From: Minisyncoccota bacterium
Lineage (GTDB): Bacteria; Patescibacteriota; Minisyncoccia; Phycocordibacterales; UBA918
Length of the DNA stretch: 51,197 nucleotides
Assembly (NCBI GenBank): GCA_035324355.1
Contig: DAOLBU010000002.1
Location: forward strand, 1-51,197
Reading direction: 5' to 3'
Part shown: in pieces, positions 26,084 to 36,602 of the stretch
Layout: each line of letters starts with the position of its first letter
Position numbering within the stretch: the first letter of the stretch is position 1
Position numbers and translations under genes: made by a program
Notes under the pieces: model-generated
The model's database searches: none
Seen by the model: the letters and a program-made list of their open reading frames with translations, nothing else
What the model was told of the DNA's origin: nothing

Positions 26084-26850
26084 AAGTAGTCATCTTGGCA
26101 GGAGGATATGGTACTCGTATCAGCGAAGAAACTCATGCACGTCCTAAGCCGATGGTGGAGATTGGCGGTAAACCAATTTTGTGGCATCTAATGAAAATTT
26201 ATTCTCACTACGGTTTTAATGAGTTCATTATTTGTCTTGGTTATAAAGGTTACTATATTAAGGAATGGTTTAATAACTATTACTTGCATACGAATGATGC
26301 CACTTTAGACCTTGAACATAACACTACTACCTTCCATAATAACCTAAGCGAAAAATGGAAAGTAACTTTAGTGGATACTGGAGAGCATACAATGACAGGC
26401 GGGAGAGTAAAAAGAGTGCAAAAATTTGTGGGAAATGAAACTTTCATGCTCACTTATGGAGACGGACTTTCTGATGTCAATATTACTGAGCTGGTGGCTA
26501 CTCATAAAGCCCATAAAAAGCTAGCAACAGTCACAGCGGTAATTCCAGAAGGGAAGTTCGGTGTTTTAGCAATAGATGATAAATCTTCGGTAACATCTTT
26601 TAGTGAAAAAACTGACAATAAAAGCCGTATTAACGGTGGTTTTTTTGTGCTTGAACCAGAAGTTTTTTCGTATCTTAATGACGACGGAACTATTTTTGAG
26701 AAAGCACCACTTGAAGCGTTGGCAACCGATGGTCAGCTTAAAGCTTTTAATCATGATGGATTTTGGAAACCGATGGATACACTAAACGACAAGAATAAAT
26801 TGGAGACACTTTGGACTACCGATAGCGCTCCATGGAAGCTGTGGTCGTAA
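26080..26850 (+). CDS. rfbF: glucose-1-phosphate cytidylyltransferase
   Basis: MKVVILAGGYGTRISEET..PKPMVEIGGKPILWHLMKIYS and FWKPMDTLNDK. ATGA overlap with rfbG. Confidence 0.9.
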   Translation: MKVVILAGGYGTRISEETHARPKPMVEIGGKPILWHLMKIYSHYGFNEFIICLGYKGYYIKEWFNNYYLHTNDATLDLEHNTTTFHNNLSEKWKVTLVDTGEHTMTGGRVKRVQKFVGNETFMLTYGDGLSDVNITELVATHKAHKKLATVTAVIPEGKFGVLAIDDKSSVTSFSEKTDNKSRINGGFFVLEPEVFSYLNDDGTIFEKAPLEALATDGQLKAFNHDGFWKPMDTLNDKNKLETLWTTDSAPWKLWS

Positions 26851-26853
26851 TTT

Positions 26854-28602
26854 ATGCAAAAGACATCGCAAGAAAAAATTTATGCGGATGAGATTGTAGA
26901 TTTCTTAGTGAGCCATAAAATTACTAAAGTTTTTGATTTGACTGGGGGAATGATTGCTTTTATCGAAGATGCTATTGGTCGACATCAAGAAATAGAATGT
27001 ATACCAATGCACCATGAACAAGCTGCTGGATTCGCTGCCGAAGGCTATGCGCGTACAAGTGGTAAATTTGGTGTAGCTATGGCAACTAGCGGTCCTGGGG
27101 CCACTAATCTTATTACAGCTATTGGTAGTTGTTTTTTTGATTCAGTACCAGCTTTGTTTATAACCGGGCAAGTTCACTCCAAAAATTTGAAAAAGAAGGC
27201 AGAGGTAAGACAAGAAGGTTTTCAAGAAACAGATATTGTTTCGATGGTAAAACATATCACTAAGTTTGCTGTTCAAGTCGCTAGTCCAGAAGAGATTGTC
27301 CCAAATTTAGTAAAAGCTTACTCAATAATGAAAGAAGGTAGACCAGGACCAGTACTTATTGATATACCGATAAACTTTCAACGCACTAAAGTAAGTAACA
27401 AAAAAATTAGCCTAAATAAAATAGCTAAAAATAATAACCGTATAGATAATAAAAAGAAAATAAAGGAACTTGAAGATTTGTTAGAAAAATCAACCGCACC
27501 ACTATTGTTAGTAGGGCATGGAGTTCGTATTGCACAAGCTGAGGAGTTATTAGCAAAATTCCAAAAAAATAATAACCTTCCAGTCGTTTCATCTCTAATG
27601 GGACTTGATGTGTTTCCTCATAATAAAAATTTTGTTGGTTATATTGGGACTAATGGTAATCGTGATGCAAATATTATATTTGCTAACGCTGATTTAATTA
27701 TTGTACTAGGTTCCCGGCTTGATCTAAGACAAACCGGAGATCCGGATCTTTTTAACAAGAGTGCAAAAATCGTTCATGTTGATATAGATGAATATTCTAT
27801 TAACTACGGTATTAAATCGACCCTATTTTTTGTTTCTGATTTAAAGGATTTTCTTTTAGATGTAGAACATCTCAAGACCTCGAGTAAAGCTGTGTGGGTA
27901 AAATTCATCTCAAAAATTAAAAAACATTTCTCCAGAGTAGAGTTGCCAGGGAAGAGTGTTAACCCAAATTTATTTTTTAATGAACTTTCGTCAATCGCCC
28001 ATAAGAATACAGTTGCCGTGATTGATGTGGGTCAAAACCAACAATGGTGTGCTCAGTCCTGGAAAGTACAAAAAGGACAACGTTTATTATTTTCGGGGGG
28101 TATGGGAGCTATGGGTTTTTCATTACCTGCGGCCATAGGAGCTTGGTATACTGACATGACTACTCCAGTTGTGGTAATTACTGGCGATGGTGGTTTACAG
28201 ATAAATATCCAAGAACTTGAGACTGTTTCTCGAAATAAAATTCCGCTTAAAATTTTTGTTTTTAACAACAAATCACTAGGAATGGTCCGTGAATTTCAGG
28301 ATTTATATTTAAATAAGAATACTTACACAACCGTAGGTGGGTATGGTAATCCTGACTTTAAAAAGTTGTCTAGTGCATACAATATTTCATACAGTTTGAT
28401 TTCCAAAAATGTCGGGACACAAAGACTAAATGAGATACTTAATTCAAGTGTCGCTGAGTTTGTAGAAGTTTTAGTTGATGCAGAGGCGCCTCTCCATCCC
28501 AGAACTGTTTATGGACATGCATTAGACGACCAAGCTCCATACCTTAGTGTAGAACAAAAAGAGCTACTAGAGTCTTTAAAAGCTGAGTTACATACCCGAT
28601 GA
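26854..28602 (+). CDS. thiamine-diphosphate-dependent, acetolactate-synthase-large-subunit-like enzyme (YerE-like candidate)
   Basis: 582 aa in a three-domain ALS-like layout. N-terminal HEQAAGFAAEGYAR..SGPGATN. ThDP motif GDGGLQINIQEL..(24 aa)..NN. Confidence 0.85.
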   Translation: MQKTSQEKIYADEIVDFLVSHKITKVFDLTGGMIAFIEDAIGRHQEIECIPMHHEQAAGFAAEGYARTSGKFGVAMATSGPGATNLITAIGSCFFDSVPALFITGQVHSKNLKKKAEVRQEGFQETDIVSMVKHITKFAVQVASPEEIVPNLVKAYSIMKEGRPGPVLIDIPINFQRTKVSNKKISLNKIAKNNNRIDNKKKIKELEDLLEKSTAPLLLVGHGVRIAQAEELLAKFQKNNNLPVVSSLMGLDVFPHNKNFVGYIGTNGNRDANIIFANADLIIVLGSRLDLRQTGDPDLFNKSAKIVHVDIDEYSINYGIKSTLFFVSDLKDFLLDVEHLKTSSKAVWVKFISKIKKHFSRVELPGKSVNPNLFFNELSSIAHKNTVAVIDVGQNQQWCAQSWKVQKGQRLLFSGGMGAMGFSLPAAIGAWYTDMTTPVVVITGDGGLQINIQELETVSRNKIPLKIFVFNNKSLGMVREFQDLYLNKNTYTTVGGYGNPDFKKLSSAYNISYSLISKNVGTQRLNEILNSSVAEFVEVLVDAEAPLHPRTVYGHALDDQAPYLSVEQKELLESLKAELHTR

Positions 28603-29528
28603 GAAAAATAAAAAGGATTTCTTTATTAGGAGCGAGTGGGTATATAGGAAGATCATTAGTACCACTCTTCCTGGAACAGCAGACAAAGTATGAGCTACAC
28701 CTCTTTTCCCGTACTCCTGATGTATTGTCAAAAAAGCTTGTAACATTGTATGGCTCTAATTTTCAATCTCAAATTCACCATTTTAAAGATTTTCTTCAAG
28801 TAGATTGTGATGTGGTATTGAATGCTACTGGAATTAGTGATTCTCGTGAAATAGCAAAAAATCCAAGGTATGTTTTGGAGACGACAGCATTAATTGATGA
28901 TGTCATTATTTCCAAACTTAAGAAGAAATCCGAAATTACTTACATTAACTTTAGTAGTGGTGCAGTGCATGAAAGCCGTTCAGATAAAGTAACTCGTGAA
29001 GAGAAAACGGATCGAAATTTAGTAAATAATATGTTAAGCCGTGAATATTACATCATGGCTAAACAGCAGGCAGAAGCTAAGCATAGAACATTAATTGATT
29101 TGTCTATAGTTGATGTGAGAGTGTTCGCATTTTTTAGTCGTTTTGTCGACATAAGAAATACGTTTCTTATGTCTCAAATTGCCAGTAGTCTAAAAGAAAA
29201 AAAAGTTTTTCTTACTAATAGTACTGATATTATCAGAGATTATATTACACCTGATGATTTGTTTCGTTTTATCGAGTGTGTTATTTCCTCACCTAGTAAT
29301 TGTGCTTATGACGTTTATAGTTTGGAACCAGTATCAAAATTTTTATTGTTAACGCATTTGAATAAAAACTTTGGTTTACAATATGAGATATCTGATGTTG
29401 ATTTAAGCACAACCTTAGCGAAAGAAATCTATTTTTCAACTAATTACGCAGCTAAAAATATCGGATATCGTCCTACGCACACCTCTTTGTCAGGTATATG
29501 CAAAGAACTGGACAAGTTTTTAGAATAA
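28599..29528 (+). CDS. NAD(P)-dependent epimerase/dehydratase-family (SDR) protein, probable sugar ketoreductase
   Basis: ISLLGASGYIGRSL Rossmann motif and YxxxK-like YIMAK. ATGA overlap with the ThDP enzyme gene. Confidence 0.65.
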   Translation: MRKIKRISLLGASGYIGRSLVPLFLEQQTKYELHLFSRTPDVLSKKLVTLYGSNFQSQIHHFKDFLQVDCDVVLNATGISDSREIAKNPRYVLETTALIDDVIISKLKKKSEITYINFSSGAVHESRSDKVTREEKTDRNLVNNMLSREYYIMAKQQAEAKHRTLIDLSIVDVRVFAFFSRFVDIRNTFLMSQIASSLKEKKVFLTNSTDIIRDYITPDDLFRFIECVISSPSNCAYDVYSLEPVSKFLLLTHLNKNFGLQYEISDVDLSTTLAKEIYFSTNYAAKNIGYRPTHTSLSGICKELDKFLE

Positions 29529-29550
29529 AAGTGTAGTGCGAGATGTTAAA

Positions 29551-30414
29551 TTATATTCCTTTAAAAATGTGAACAATTCTTCTAAGTGAAATTAATAACA
29601 AGACGACAAGGCGGTTAAAATAAACAATAAAGTTTCGTTTTGAATGTAGTTTTAAAGGGGACATAAAAGGAGGTCTTTTCCAGTTCAGGCGAATGTGCCA
29701 TATTCGCTGTTCTGGCGTATTTAAAAGATTGCCGTGATATATCTTTAAAGACCGAATATGGATATTGTTCCAATATTTTCGAAAAAAAATGTTTACCAAT
29801 GTTAAGTCGTGACGAAACAGACGACAGTCTCTGATAAAAATATTTTTATCCTTTCCCTTATTTCGCCAGCTGTCATTTATTGAAAATCCAAGAGCTAATC
29901 CAGTTAATGCTGCGGCGTAAATTTTATAAAATATTTTGTTTACTTCAGGGGAGTCTAAAAATCCAATAATGCCAGCATGTATAACAGTTTTATTATCATG
30001 GTCATCAGAAAGGCTAAAAATCTCTTTGTAACTTTTAGGAACGATATCGCTGAATAATTGTTCCTGGTCAACTAGGAGGACTTTTTCTTCTTCAATAATT
30101 TTAAAATCTTTGTCTAACGGTTGTAAGACTTGACAGCCAGCATCTAAGTATAAATTTAAGTCTGCGAGTGGATGGGCAAAAATATAAGTTTTCCAAGTGT
30201 AACAACTGCGCCAGTGTGGACAAAATTTGGGCATGGAAATAACAGTTACACCTTCAATTTTTTTAAGTTCTTGGCGGAAAGTATAAAATAATCCTAGGTC
30301 ATAAACATAAATTGGGGGATGCTCCGGATAATTTACTTTAATTGAAGTCAATAAATTAATTATTGACGGAAAAAATTTGTTAGAGCAGGAAGTAATCAGA
30401 GCTTTAGTTTTCAT
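29551..30414 (-). CDS. hypothetical protein, possible GT-A-like nucleotide-diphospho-sugar transferase
   Basis: The only hints are the context and a YLDAG (DxD-like) segment. ATGA overlap with wzx. Confidence 0.35.
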   Translation of the reverse strand: MKTKALITSCSNKFFPSIINLLTSIKVNYPEHPPIYVYDLGLFYTFRQELKKIEGVTVISMPKFCPHWRSCYTWKTYIFAHPLADLNLYLDAGCQVLQPLDKDFKIIEEEKVLLVDQEQLFSDIVPKSYKEIFSLSDDHDNKTVIHAGIIGFLDSPEVNKIFYKIYAAALTGLALGFSINDSWRNKGKDKNIFIRDCRLFRHDLTLVNIFFRKYWNNIHIRSLKIYHGNLLNTPEQRIWHIRLNWKRPPFMSPLKLHSKRNFIVYFNRLVVLLLISLRRIVHIFKGI

Positions 30415-31706
30415 GTATTTTTAACATTATAACGCAATAATTTGCCTAAAAGATACAAACATCCTACAAAAAATAATACTACGCAACTAGAAATTAATGT
30501 GGCAATTGCTGCGCCGTATGCCTGGTATTTAGGTATAAGTAAAAAGTTGCCAACTACATTGAAGATGACACCTGCTAAAGACATCAAAAATAGATACATT
30601 CTTGCATTTTCGGTCAGTAAGTAATGTTGAACTACAATACCTAATGAAATCGGGATCAAGGCCCAAACATATATTTGTAATACTGGAATTGTTAAAATAA
30701 ATCCATTTCCAAAAACTAATTTTACAATTGGTCCAGCCAATATTGATACCGTAAGCGCAATTAAGCCTGAAAGTAGGCCGAGTAAAGCAAAAAGAGCTAA
30801 AATTCTTTTTCGGTATAAAGAATGACCTGTTTTTTTTGCATTAATAATTGCCGGAAAGAGTGTACCAACAATAATACTAGGAATAAAATACCAAAGTTCA
30901 GTAAGTCGAACTGCTGCGTCGTAAATACCAACTTCAGTGGCGTTAATTAAATTTTTCAGCATTACTTGATCTATGCGTGCATATACTACTGCGAAAGCGC
31001 TGGTAAGGATAAATGGCCAAGAATCGAGCAAAAGTCTTTTTGCTACTGTTGTGTCAAATTGCCACTGCCTAAGTGAGCCAAAAGTCCTATGTCTGATGTA
31101 AATATATCCAATAGCATACAATAAAGTTTCAATAACTATTATGATAGCTAGATATAACACGCCCTTATCAAAAAATATGGAACTTACTTTTAATAAATTC
31201 ACTACTACTGTTACAAAGAATGATAAAAATGAGACCGGTTTATTATTTACTACAGCCCCAAATTCATATGAAATAATTCCAAATATATGTAAAACATATG
31301 TGGCCGATAGAATTGAAATTATCAAGAAGGATACATCAGGAGGCGAAAAAACCCACGCTACACCAATAGTAAGTAGCGAGGTAAAAAATGATGCAACGAA
31401 TTTAATACCCAGAGCAGTACCCAAAAGCTTATTTTTTTGTTCTGGATATTTAATAATTTCTCGATAAAGAACAGAATCAATCCCAAGAGAGGCAATAAAT
31501 GAAAATAGCGCGATAAAACTAAGTCCGTAACTTAACTCACCATAATTTGTTGGTCCTAAGGTGCGAGCAATATATAGAGTGGCAATAAAATTGACAAACA
31601 TATTACTAAACTTGCCCAAAAAAACCCAACCTGTATTTTGAGCATAGCGAAGTAGACCCTCCTTGCTGGTACCGTTAGTAATGAAAAATTTTCGCCAATA
31701 ATTCAC
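30411..31706 (-). CDS. wzx: Wzx-type (MOP superfamily) polysaccharide flippase
   Basis: 431 aa with about 12 hydrophobic helices and an N-terminal pattern typical of polysaccharide biosynthesis proteins (..FLGKFSNMFVNFIATLYIARTLGPTNYGELS). Confidence 0.8.
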   Translation of the reverse strand: MNYWRKFFITNGTSKEGLLRYAQNTGWVFLGKFSNMFVNFIATLYIARTLGPTNYGELSYGLSFIALFSFIASLGIDSVLYREIIKYPEQKNKLLGTALGIKFVASFFTSLLTIGVAWVFSPPDVSFLIISILSATYVLHIFGIISYEFGAVVNNKPVSFLSFFVTVVVNLLKVSSIFFDKGVLYLAIIIVIETLLYAIGYIYIRHRTFGSLRQWQFDTTVAKRLLLDSWPFILTSAFAVVYARIDQVMLKNLINATEVGIYDAAVRLTELWYFIPSIIVGTLFPAIINAKKTGHSLYRKRILALFALLGLLSGLIALTVSILAGPIVKLVFGNGFILTIPVLQIYVWALIPISLGIVVQHYLLTENARMYLFLMSLAGVIFNVVGNFLLIPKYQAYGAAIATLISSCVVLFFVGCLYLLGKLLRYNVKNT

Positions 31707-31708
31707 GG

Positions 31709-32368
31709 TTATTTTTGGAAGACAGTGATTGAGTCTTGAGTTTCTATATATTTAAGTCTTGAATCTTTTTTCAGCTCTCGAATTAATTGAACACATCCAG
31801 GCCAGCCATCAAAAATAACTTTACCATCTACTGAAATCGGAGCTGAATCATGAAAAGCTACATATCCATTTTTTGAGAGTAGGGGAAACCATTCTTCAAA
31901 GTCTTGCTGAACTGCCTTATATGTATGATCTCCATCTATAAAAATAAAGTCAAAAGGCGCTGTCCAGTTTCCAGATACATTGAAACTAAAATCCTTTACA
32001 AAGTTAAAGTTAGGATAAAATTCTAGATTCTTTCTAATCTTTTCTTCCGTCCCCATAAGCTTTTTGTTCATGCTGTCTGGTATTAGTGGGTCTATACCAT
32101 AGATGGGTACATTGGCTACTAAAGCTAATTCCTTAGTAGTCTTGCCATCGAGTATACCAATTTCCACAATCCCAACTTTGGCGTGACGCGCATACTTTTG
32201 AAGTAGGTCTTTTTCAATTTCAGTAGTCCATCGTGAGCCTTCTGGCCCAGTATCAATTTTTGATACTAGGGCTGTTTTGAACATGTTTTTTAATATAGCA
32301 ATCAGCTGAATGGGGTCAGTGAAAAGTAGTTTTAATTTAAATTTGGTTTTTAAAATAAAATTTGACAT
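31709..32368 (-). CDS. class I SAM-dependent methyltransferase (Methyltransf_24-like)
   Basis: VGIVEIGILDGKTT and FIFIDGDHTYKAVQQDFEEW. Confidence 0.7.
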   Translation of the reverse strand: MSNFILKTKFKLKLLFTDPIQLIAILKNMFKTALVSKIDTGPEGSRWTTEIEKDLLQKYARHAKVGIVEIGILDGKTTKELALVANVPIYGIDPLIPDSMNKKLMGTEEKIRKNLEFYPNFNFVKDFSFNVSGNWTAPFDFIFIDGDHTYKAVQQDFEEWFPLLSKNGYVAFHDSAPISVDGKVIFDGWPGCVQLIRELKKDSRLKYIETQDSITVFQK

Positions 32369-32379
32369 AAACTAAATAA

Positions 32380-33399
32380 CTAATTATTGATAAGCTTGCG
32401 AAAATAAATTTTTACTGATATCAGTAAGTATATAATAGAACGAAGATTTTTTTTGATCTTATCTATAAAAAATCTTTGATAAGGATTACTCAACATTTGT
32501 TTACGTCGATTTTGATATATATTAAGTGCTAATTTAAGATCTTTTGCTAAAGATAAAGGTAAGTTTTTTAAATAAAATGGTTTAGCAATTCGTAAGGCGT
32601 CAAATTGAATCGTTTGTGAAAATTTTTCAATAAATTCTTTATGCTTAAAATAAAGAATTTCCTTATTTCTTTTCATTACCCTTGCAAGCTCAGGATGTGG
32701 GTTTTTCCTCATACCTCCCCAGTTGACGTCTGAAATAAAAGGAACAGCAAACACAAAATTCCGTAAGCCATTTTTAAGACATCGAATTGATAAATCGTGA
32801 TTGTCCCATGTATAGGGCGCAAGTTCCTCATCAAAATAGCCAACTGTATTTATCACGTGACTTGATATACATTCAGGACTTCGCACACTTACCATTTTTT
32901 CCACTACACTATATGATGGGATTGGTTGGTTTGTCATACCAACACCATACACACTTTCGGTAACATCCGTTTCTTCTATCTGTTTGAGCTTATTATTCAA
33001 TAGTATTGTAGCACCATGGCGAAACGTCACAGTTCCCACATTCTCAAAACCAAATTGGTCGTAGAGAGTAATGATATTTTTTTCAAGGTTGCTGTCTTGC
33101 AAAATCACATCATCTTGAAGAGTGATATTTAATACGTTTTCAGTTTGAGGAATAGAACGTAGAGCAATATTTAGGGATTTTATTTCATGAACATCAGGAG
33201 CGTATATTTTTACAATTTTTATGTTTTTGTATTCTTCTGCTAGGGCATCAATTATTTTTTCAGTATCATCAGTACATCCGTCTAGAACTGGATAAATAAC
33301 ACTATCTTCTCTACAACTTTTTATTACACCCAGCAATACCTCTTTAATAAGATCTTGTTTATTGTGGATGGTAATTATGTAATTAAAGTGGTAATTCAT
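32380..33399 (-). CDS. glycosyltransferase family 2-like
   Basis: YIITIHNKQDLIKEVL..YPVLDGCTDDTEKII and LQDDV (DxD-like). Confidence 0.65.
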   Translation of the reverse strand: MNYHFNYIITIHNKQDLIKEVLLGVIKSCREDSVIYPVLDGCTDDTEKIIDALAEEYKNIKIVKIYAPDVHEIKSLNIALRSIPQTENVLNITLQDDVILQDSNLEKNIITLYDQFGFENVGTVTFRHGATILLNNKLKQIEETDVTESVYGVGMTNQPIPSYSVVEKMVSVRSPECISSHVINTVGYFDEELAPYTWDNHDLSIRCLKNGLRNFVFAVPFISDVNWGGMRKNPHPELARVMKRNKEILYFKHKEFIEKFSQTIQFDALRIAKPFYLKNLPLSLAKDLKLALNIYQNRRKQMLSNPYQRFFIDKIKKNLRSIIYLLISVKIYFRKLINN

Positions 33400-33401
33400 A
33401 A

Positions 33402-34580
33402 CTATGAAGCTAAAAGTGATTTGATCAGGTTAATATCTTCACTTGTTAATTCGGGGTAGTTACCACAATAAAAAGCATTTGCATGTAAATAGTCAGTCTT
33501 GGGGAGTTTATATGATTCCTTTACATATTTGGTGTAAAAGGGCTGTTTTGTTATATTTCCTGCAATCATAGGACGTACTTCAACACCTGCTTCAATAAAA
33601 CGTCTAACATAGAAGTCCTTTTTATCAGAAGTTTTGCATATGAAGGGTATAGCAAATGTTGATAGTTTCTTTATGTGGCTTTTATTCGGAACGATAAAAT
33701 CTCGGTTTTCTTTTAGAGCAGCTTCAACTTCTATGTAGTTTTGGTACCTCTTATCTATGTTTGCATCAAGATACTCAAGCTGTGTGAGGCCTAAAAACCC
33801 CGTAATCTCTGTCGGCCTTAAATTATATGCCAAATCGTAAAATGTATATTTAGATTGAAATTCGCTTTCAACGTTGTATTTTTTGCGTAGTTGCTCTTGT
33901 TTGTTACAAGATAAGTTTCTGTCCCAACCATTTGCTCTGACTATTGTAATCATGTCAGATAGTTCAGTGTCATTTGTACAAATCATGCCACCCTCAATAG
34001 TCGACATGTGATGTGCAACAAAGAAAGAAAAAGTTGATGCAACACCAAAGTTACCAGTTCTACCTTCGACTAATTCTGTGCCCAGGGACTCACAGTTGTC
34101 TTCAATCAATATTATATTTCGTTCTTCGCAGATATCTTTGATTCCGGCCAGGTCATCAGTAAAGCCAAGAGCATTGGTAATAAAGAAAGCATCTAGGTGT
34201 GTTTCTTCAATTCGCACTTGTAGGGTTTGACGAGAACTATTTAGCGTTTCAATTTCACAGTCAATTGGAACAGGAACCATATTGAGCTGTATGATAGGCA
34301 TTACATTTGTTGACCAGGTAAGTGCTGAAAAGCCAATACGGTCACCATTTTTCAGACGTCCCAAATTTTTTAAGGCTTGGAGAAGGGCTAAATTTGCTGA
34401 GCCGCCGCTATTGAATAGTGATGCGTGTTTAGTACGTTGCTTTTCCGCAAAGGCTTTTTCAAAAGAAAGGCATTGCTCACCCATAGATAATTTCTCAGCA
34501 TTAATGATGAATTCAGCCAGAGCCCTTTTTGTTGTTGCTTCTTCTATAAAGGCAAACTTCATGAGTGGAATAGTGTACAT
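33402..34580 (-). CDS. ColD-like NDP-4-keto-6-deoxyhexose 3-dehydratase (DegT fold, His replaces the PLP lysine)
   Basis: NSGGSANLALLQAL, LIEDNCESLG, STFSFFVAHHMSTIEGG and RANGWDRNL. It lies in the same-strand run as gmd and fcl. Confidence 0.72.
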   Translation of the reverse strand: MYTIPLMKFAFIEEATTKRALAEFIINAEKLSMGEQCLSFEKAFAEKQRTKHASLFNSGGSANLALLQALKNLGRLKNGDRIGFSALTWSTNVMPIIQLNMVPVPIDCEIETLNSSRQTLQVRIEETHLDAFFITNALGFTDDLAGIKDICEERNIILIEDNCESLGTELVEGRTGNFGVASTFSFFVAHHMSTIEGGMICTNDTELSDMITIVRANGWDRNLSCNKQEQLRKKYNVESEFQSKYTFYDLAYNLRPTEITGFLGLTQLEYLDANIDKRYQNYIEVEAALKENRDFIVPNKSHIKKLSTFAIPFICKTSDKKDFYVRRFIEAGVEVRPMIAGNITKQPFYTKYVKESYKLPKTDYLHANAFYCGNYPELTSEDINLIKSLLAS

Positions 34581-34611
34581 AATTAATTATCTGTTATTAA
34601 TCAAACGGGTC

Positions 34612-35538
34612 TTATATTTTATTGAGATACCAATCATAGGTTTTTTGTATACCTTCTTTTAATTCAATACTGTGATGCCAGCCAAGATCATGGATTTTTG
34701 AAACATCAAGCAATTTGCGGGGAGTTCCATCTGGTTTACTTTTATCCCACTCCAATGTTCCTTTATAGTCTACAATGTTCGCAATGGTTTCAGCTAGCTC
34801 TTTGATAGTAACATCTTCACCAGTACCAATATTTACAATCTCGGACTCATCATAAGTTTCCATCAAATGTAAACAAGCAGTAGCGAGGTCGTCAACATAA
34901 AGAAATTCACGCATAGGAGTGCCTGTGCCCCATGTCGTTACGCTTGGCGCATTGTTAATTTTTGCTTCATGAAAGCGTCTTATGAAAGCCGGTAATACGT
35001 GTGCTGTTTCGAGATTGAAATTATCATTTGGACCATACAGGTTAGTTGGCATCACAGAAATAAAATTTGTGTCATATTGTTTATTGTAAGCTTGGCACAT
35101 TTTTAGTCCTGCTATTTTTGCCAGTGCGTATGCTTCATTACTTGTCTCCAAAAGGCTAGTTAAAAGGGACTCTTCCTTAATGGGTTGAGGGCAGAGTTTT
35201 GGATAGATGCAAGAACTGCCTAAAAATAATAATTTGGTAACCTGATTTAAATATGAATTGTGAATAATATTATTTTGGATTTGGAGATTATGGTAGATGA
35301 AGTTAGCCGGAGAGGTCTTGTTGGCCATGATTCCACCGACTTTGGCAGCGGCCAAGAAAACATACTCGGGTTTTTCTTGAGCGAAAAAATACGCAACAGC
35401 TTTTTGGTTAAGAAGATCTAGTTCGTCACGAGTGCGGGTGATGATGTTCTCAAAACCACTCTTCTCAAGTGTTCTTACTAAAGCTGAACCTACTAGCCCT
35501 CGATGTCCCGCAACGTATATTTTAGCTGTTTTTTCCAT
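34612..35538 (-). CDS. fcl: GDP-L-fucose synthase / GDP-4-keto-6-deoxymannose epimerase-reductase (Fcl, or the ColC homologue)
   Basis: [31 protein letters not shown] and [12 protein letters not shown]. Confidence 0.85.
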   Translation of the reverse strand: MEKTAKIYVAGHRGLVGSALVRTLEKSGFENIITRTRDELDLLNQKAVAYFFAQEKPEYVFLAAAKVGGIMANKTSPANFIYHNLQIQNNIIHNSYLNQVTKLLFLGSSCIYPKLCPQPIKEESLLTSLLETSNEAYALAKIAGLKMCQAYNKQYDTNFISVMPTNLYGPNDNFNLETAHVLPAFIRRFHEAKINNAPSVTTWGTGTPMREFLYVDDLATACLHLMETYDESEIVNIGTGEDVTIKELAETIANIVDYKGTLEWDKSKPDGTPRKLLDVSKIHDLGWHHSIELKEGIQKTYDWYLNKI

Positions 35539-35543
35539 TGTAA

Positions 35544-36602
35544 TTAAAAATAAAAGTGGCCGTTATTCTTTTTCATCAACTCAAAGTCTGCTCTGGTCAT
35601 CTGTTTGGCCAGATCGGCAAATTTTATTTTAGCTTCCCAGCCAAGTTTAGCTTTTGCTTTACTAGGGTCACCGAGTAAAAGGTCTACTTCAGTGGGACGA
35701 AAGTATTGCGGGTTGATTTTAATAATTGTTTTTTTAGTTTTTTTGTCGACACCTATTTCATCGACTCCCTTACCGGTCCACTCCAATTCAATATCTAGTT
35801 CTGCACAGGCAGCTTCGATAAATTCTCGGACACTATGTGTCTCCCCGGTAGCTATAACAAAATCATCCGGCTTCTCTTGTTGGAGCATTAGCCACATTGC
35901 TTCGACATACTCTTTGGCGTAACCCCAATCACGCTTGGCGTCGAGGTTGCCTAGTTCAAGTACTTCTTGTTGTCCCAATTTAATTTTGGAGAGACCAATG
36001 GTGATTTTTCGCGTTACAAAATTATAACCTCGGCGTTCACTTTCGTGGTTGAAGAGGATGCCATTGCAAGCAAACATGTCGTAAGCTTCACGATAATTTT
36101 TAATGATCCAAAAACTATAAAGTTTGGCGACACCATAAGGGCTACGGGGATAGAAAGGGGTTGTTTCAGTTTGTGGAGTTTCTTGAACCAAGCCGTAGAG
36201 TTCGGAGGTCGAGGCTTGGTAGAACTTAGTCCTTCCTCCAAGGCCTTGTTTGCGAATAGCTTCGAGGATAGTAAGTGAACCAAGAGCATCTGTTTCGGCG
36301 GTCAGCTCAGGTAGGTCAAAAGAAATGCGCACATGGCTCTGGGCCGCAAGGTTATAGACCTCGTCAGGTTCAATGTCTTTTATTAGAGCTGAGATGTTAG
36401 TAGTATCTGTTAGGTCGCCGTGGTGGAGAAAGAGCGTTTTATTATATATTTCTGGGTTGTTGAATAGGTGTTCAATGCGAGCGGTGCGGATGGAACTAGA
36501 TGGTCTAACAACTCCATGCACCTCATAGCCTTTTTCCAGCAGTAGTTCTGCTAAGTATGATCCGTCTTGTCCGGTGATTCCTGTAATTAAAGCTTTTTTC
36601 AT
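35544..36602 (-). CDS. gmd: GDP-mannose 4,6-dehydratase
   Basis: [44 protein letters not shown] and [11 protein letters not shown] 36602 is preferred over 36611. Confidence 0.92.
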   Translation of the reverse strand: MKKALITGITGQDGSYLAELLLEKGYEVHGVVRPSSSIRTARIEHLFNNPEIYNKTLFLHHGDLTDTTNISALIKDIEPDEVYNLAAQSHVRISFDLPELTAETDALGSLTILEAIRKQGLGGRTKFYQASTSELYGLVQETPQTETTPFYPRSPYGVAKLYSFWIIKNYREAYDMFACNGILFNHESERRGYNFVTRKITIGLSKIKLGQQEVLELGNLDAKRDWGYAKEYVEAMWLMLQQEKPDDFVIATGETHSVREFIEAACAELDIELEWTGKGVDEIGVDKKTKKTIIKINPQYFRPTEVDLLLGDPSKAKAKLGWEAKIKFADLAKQMTRADFELMKKNNGHFYF

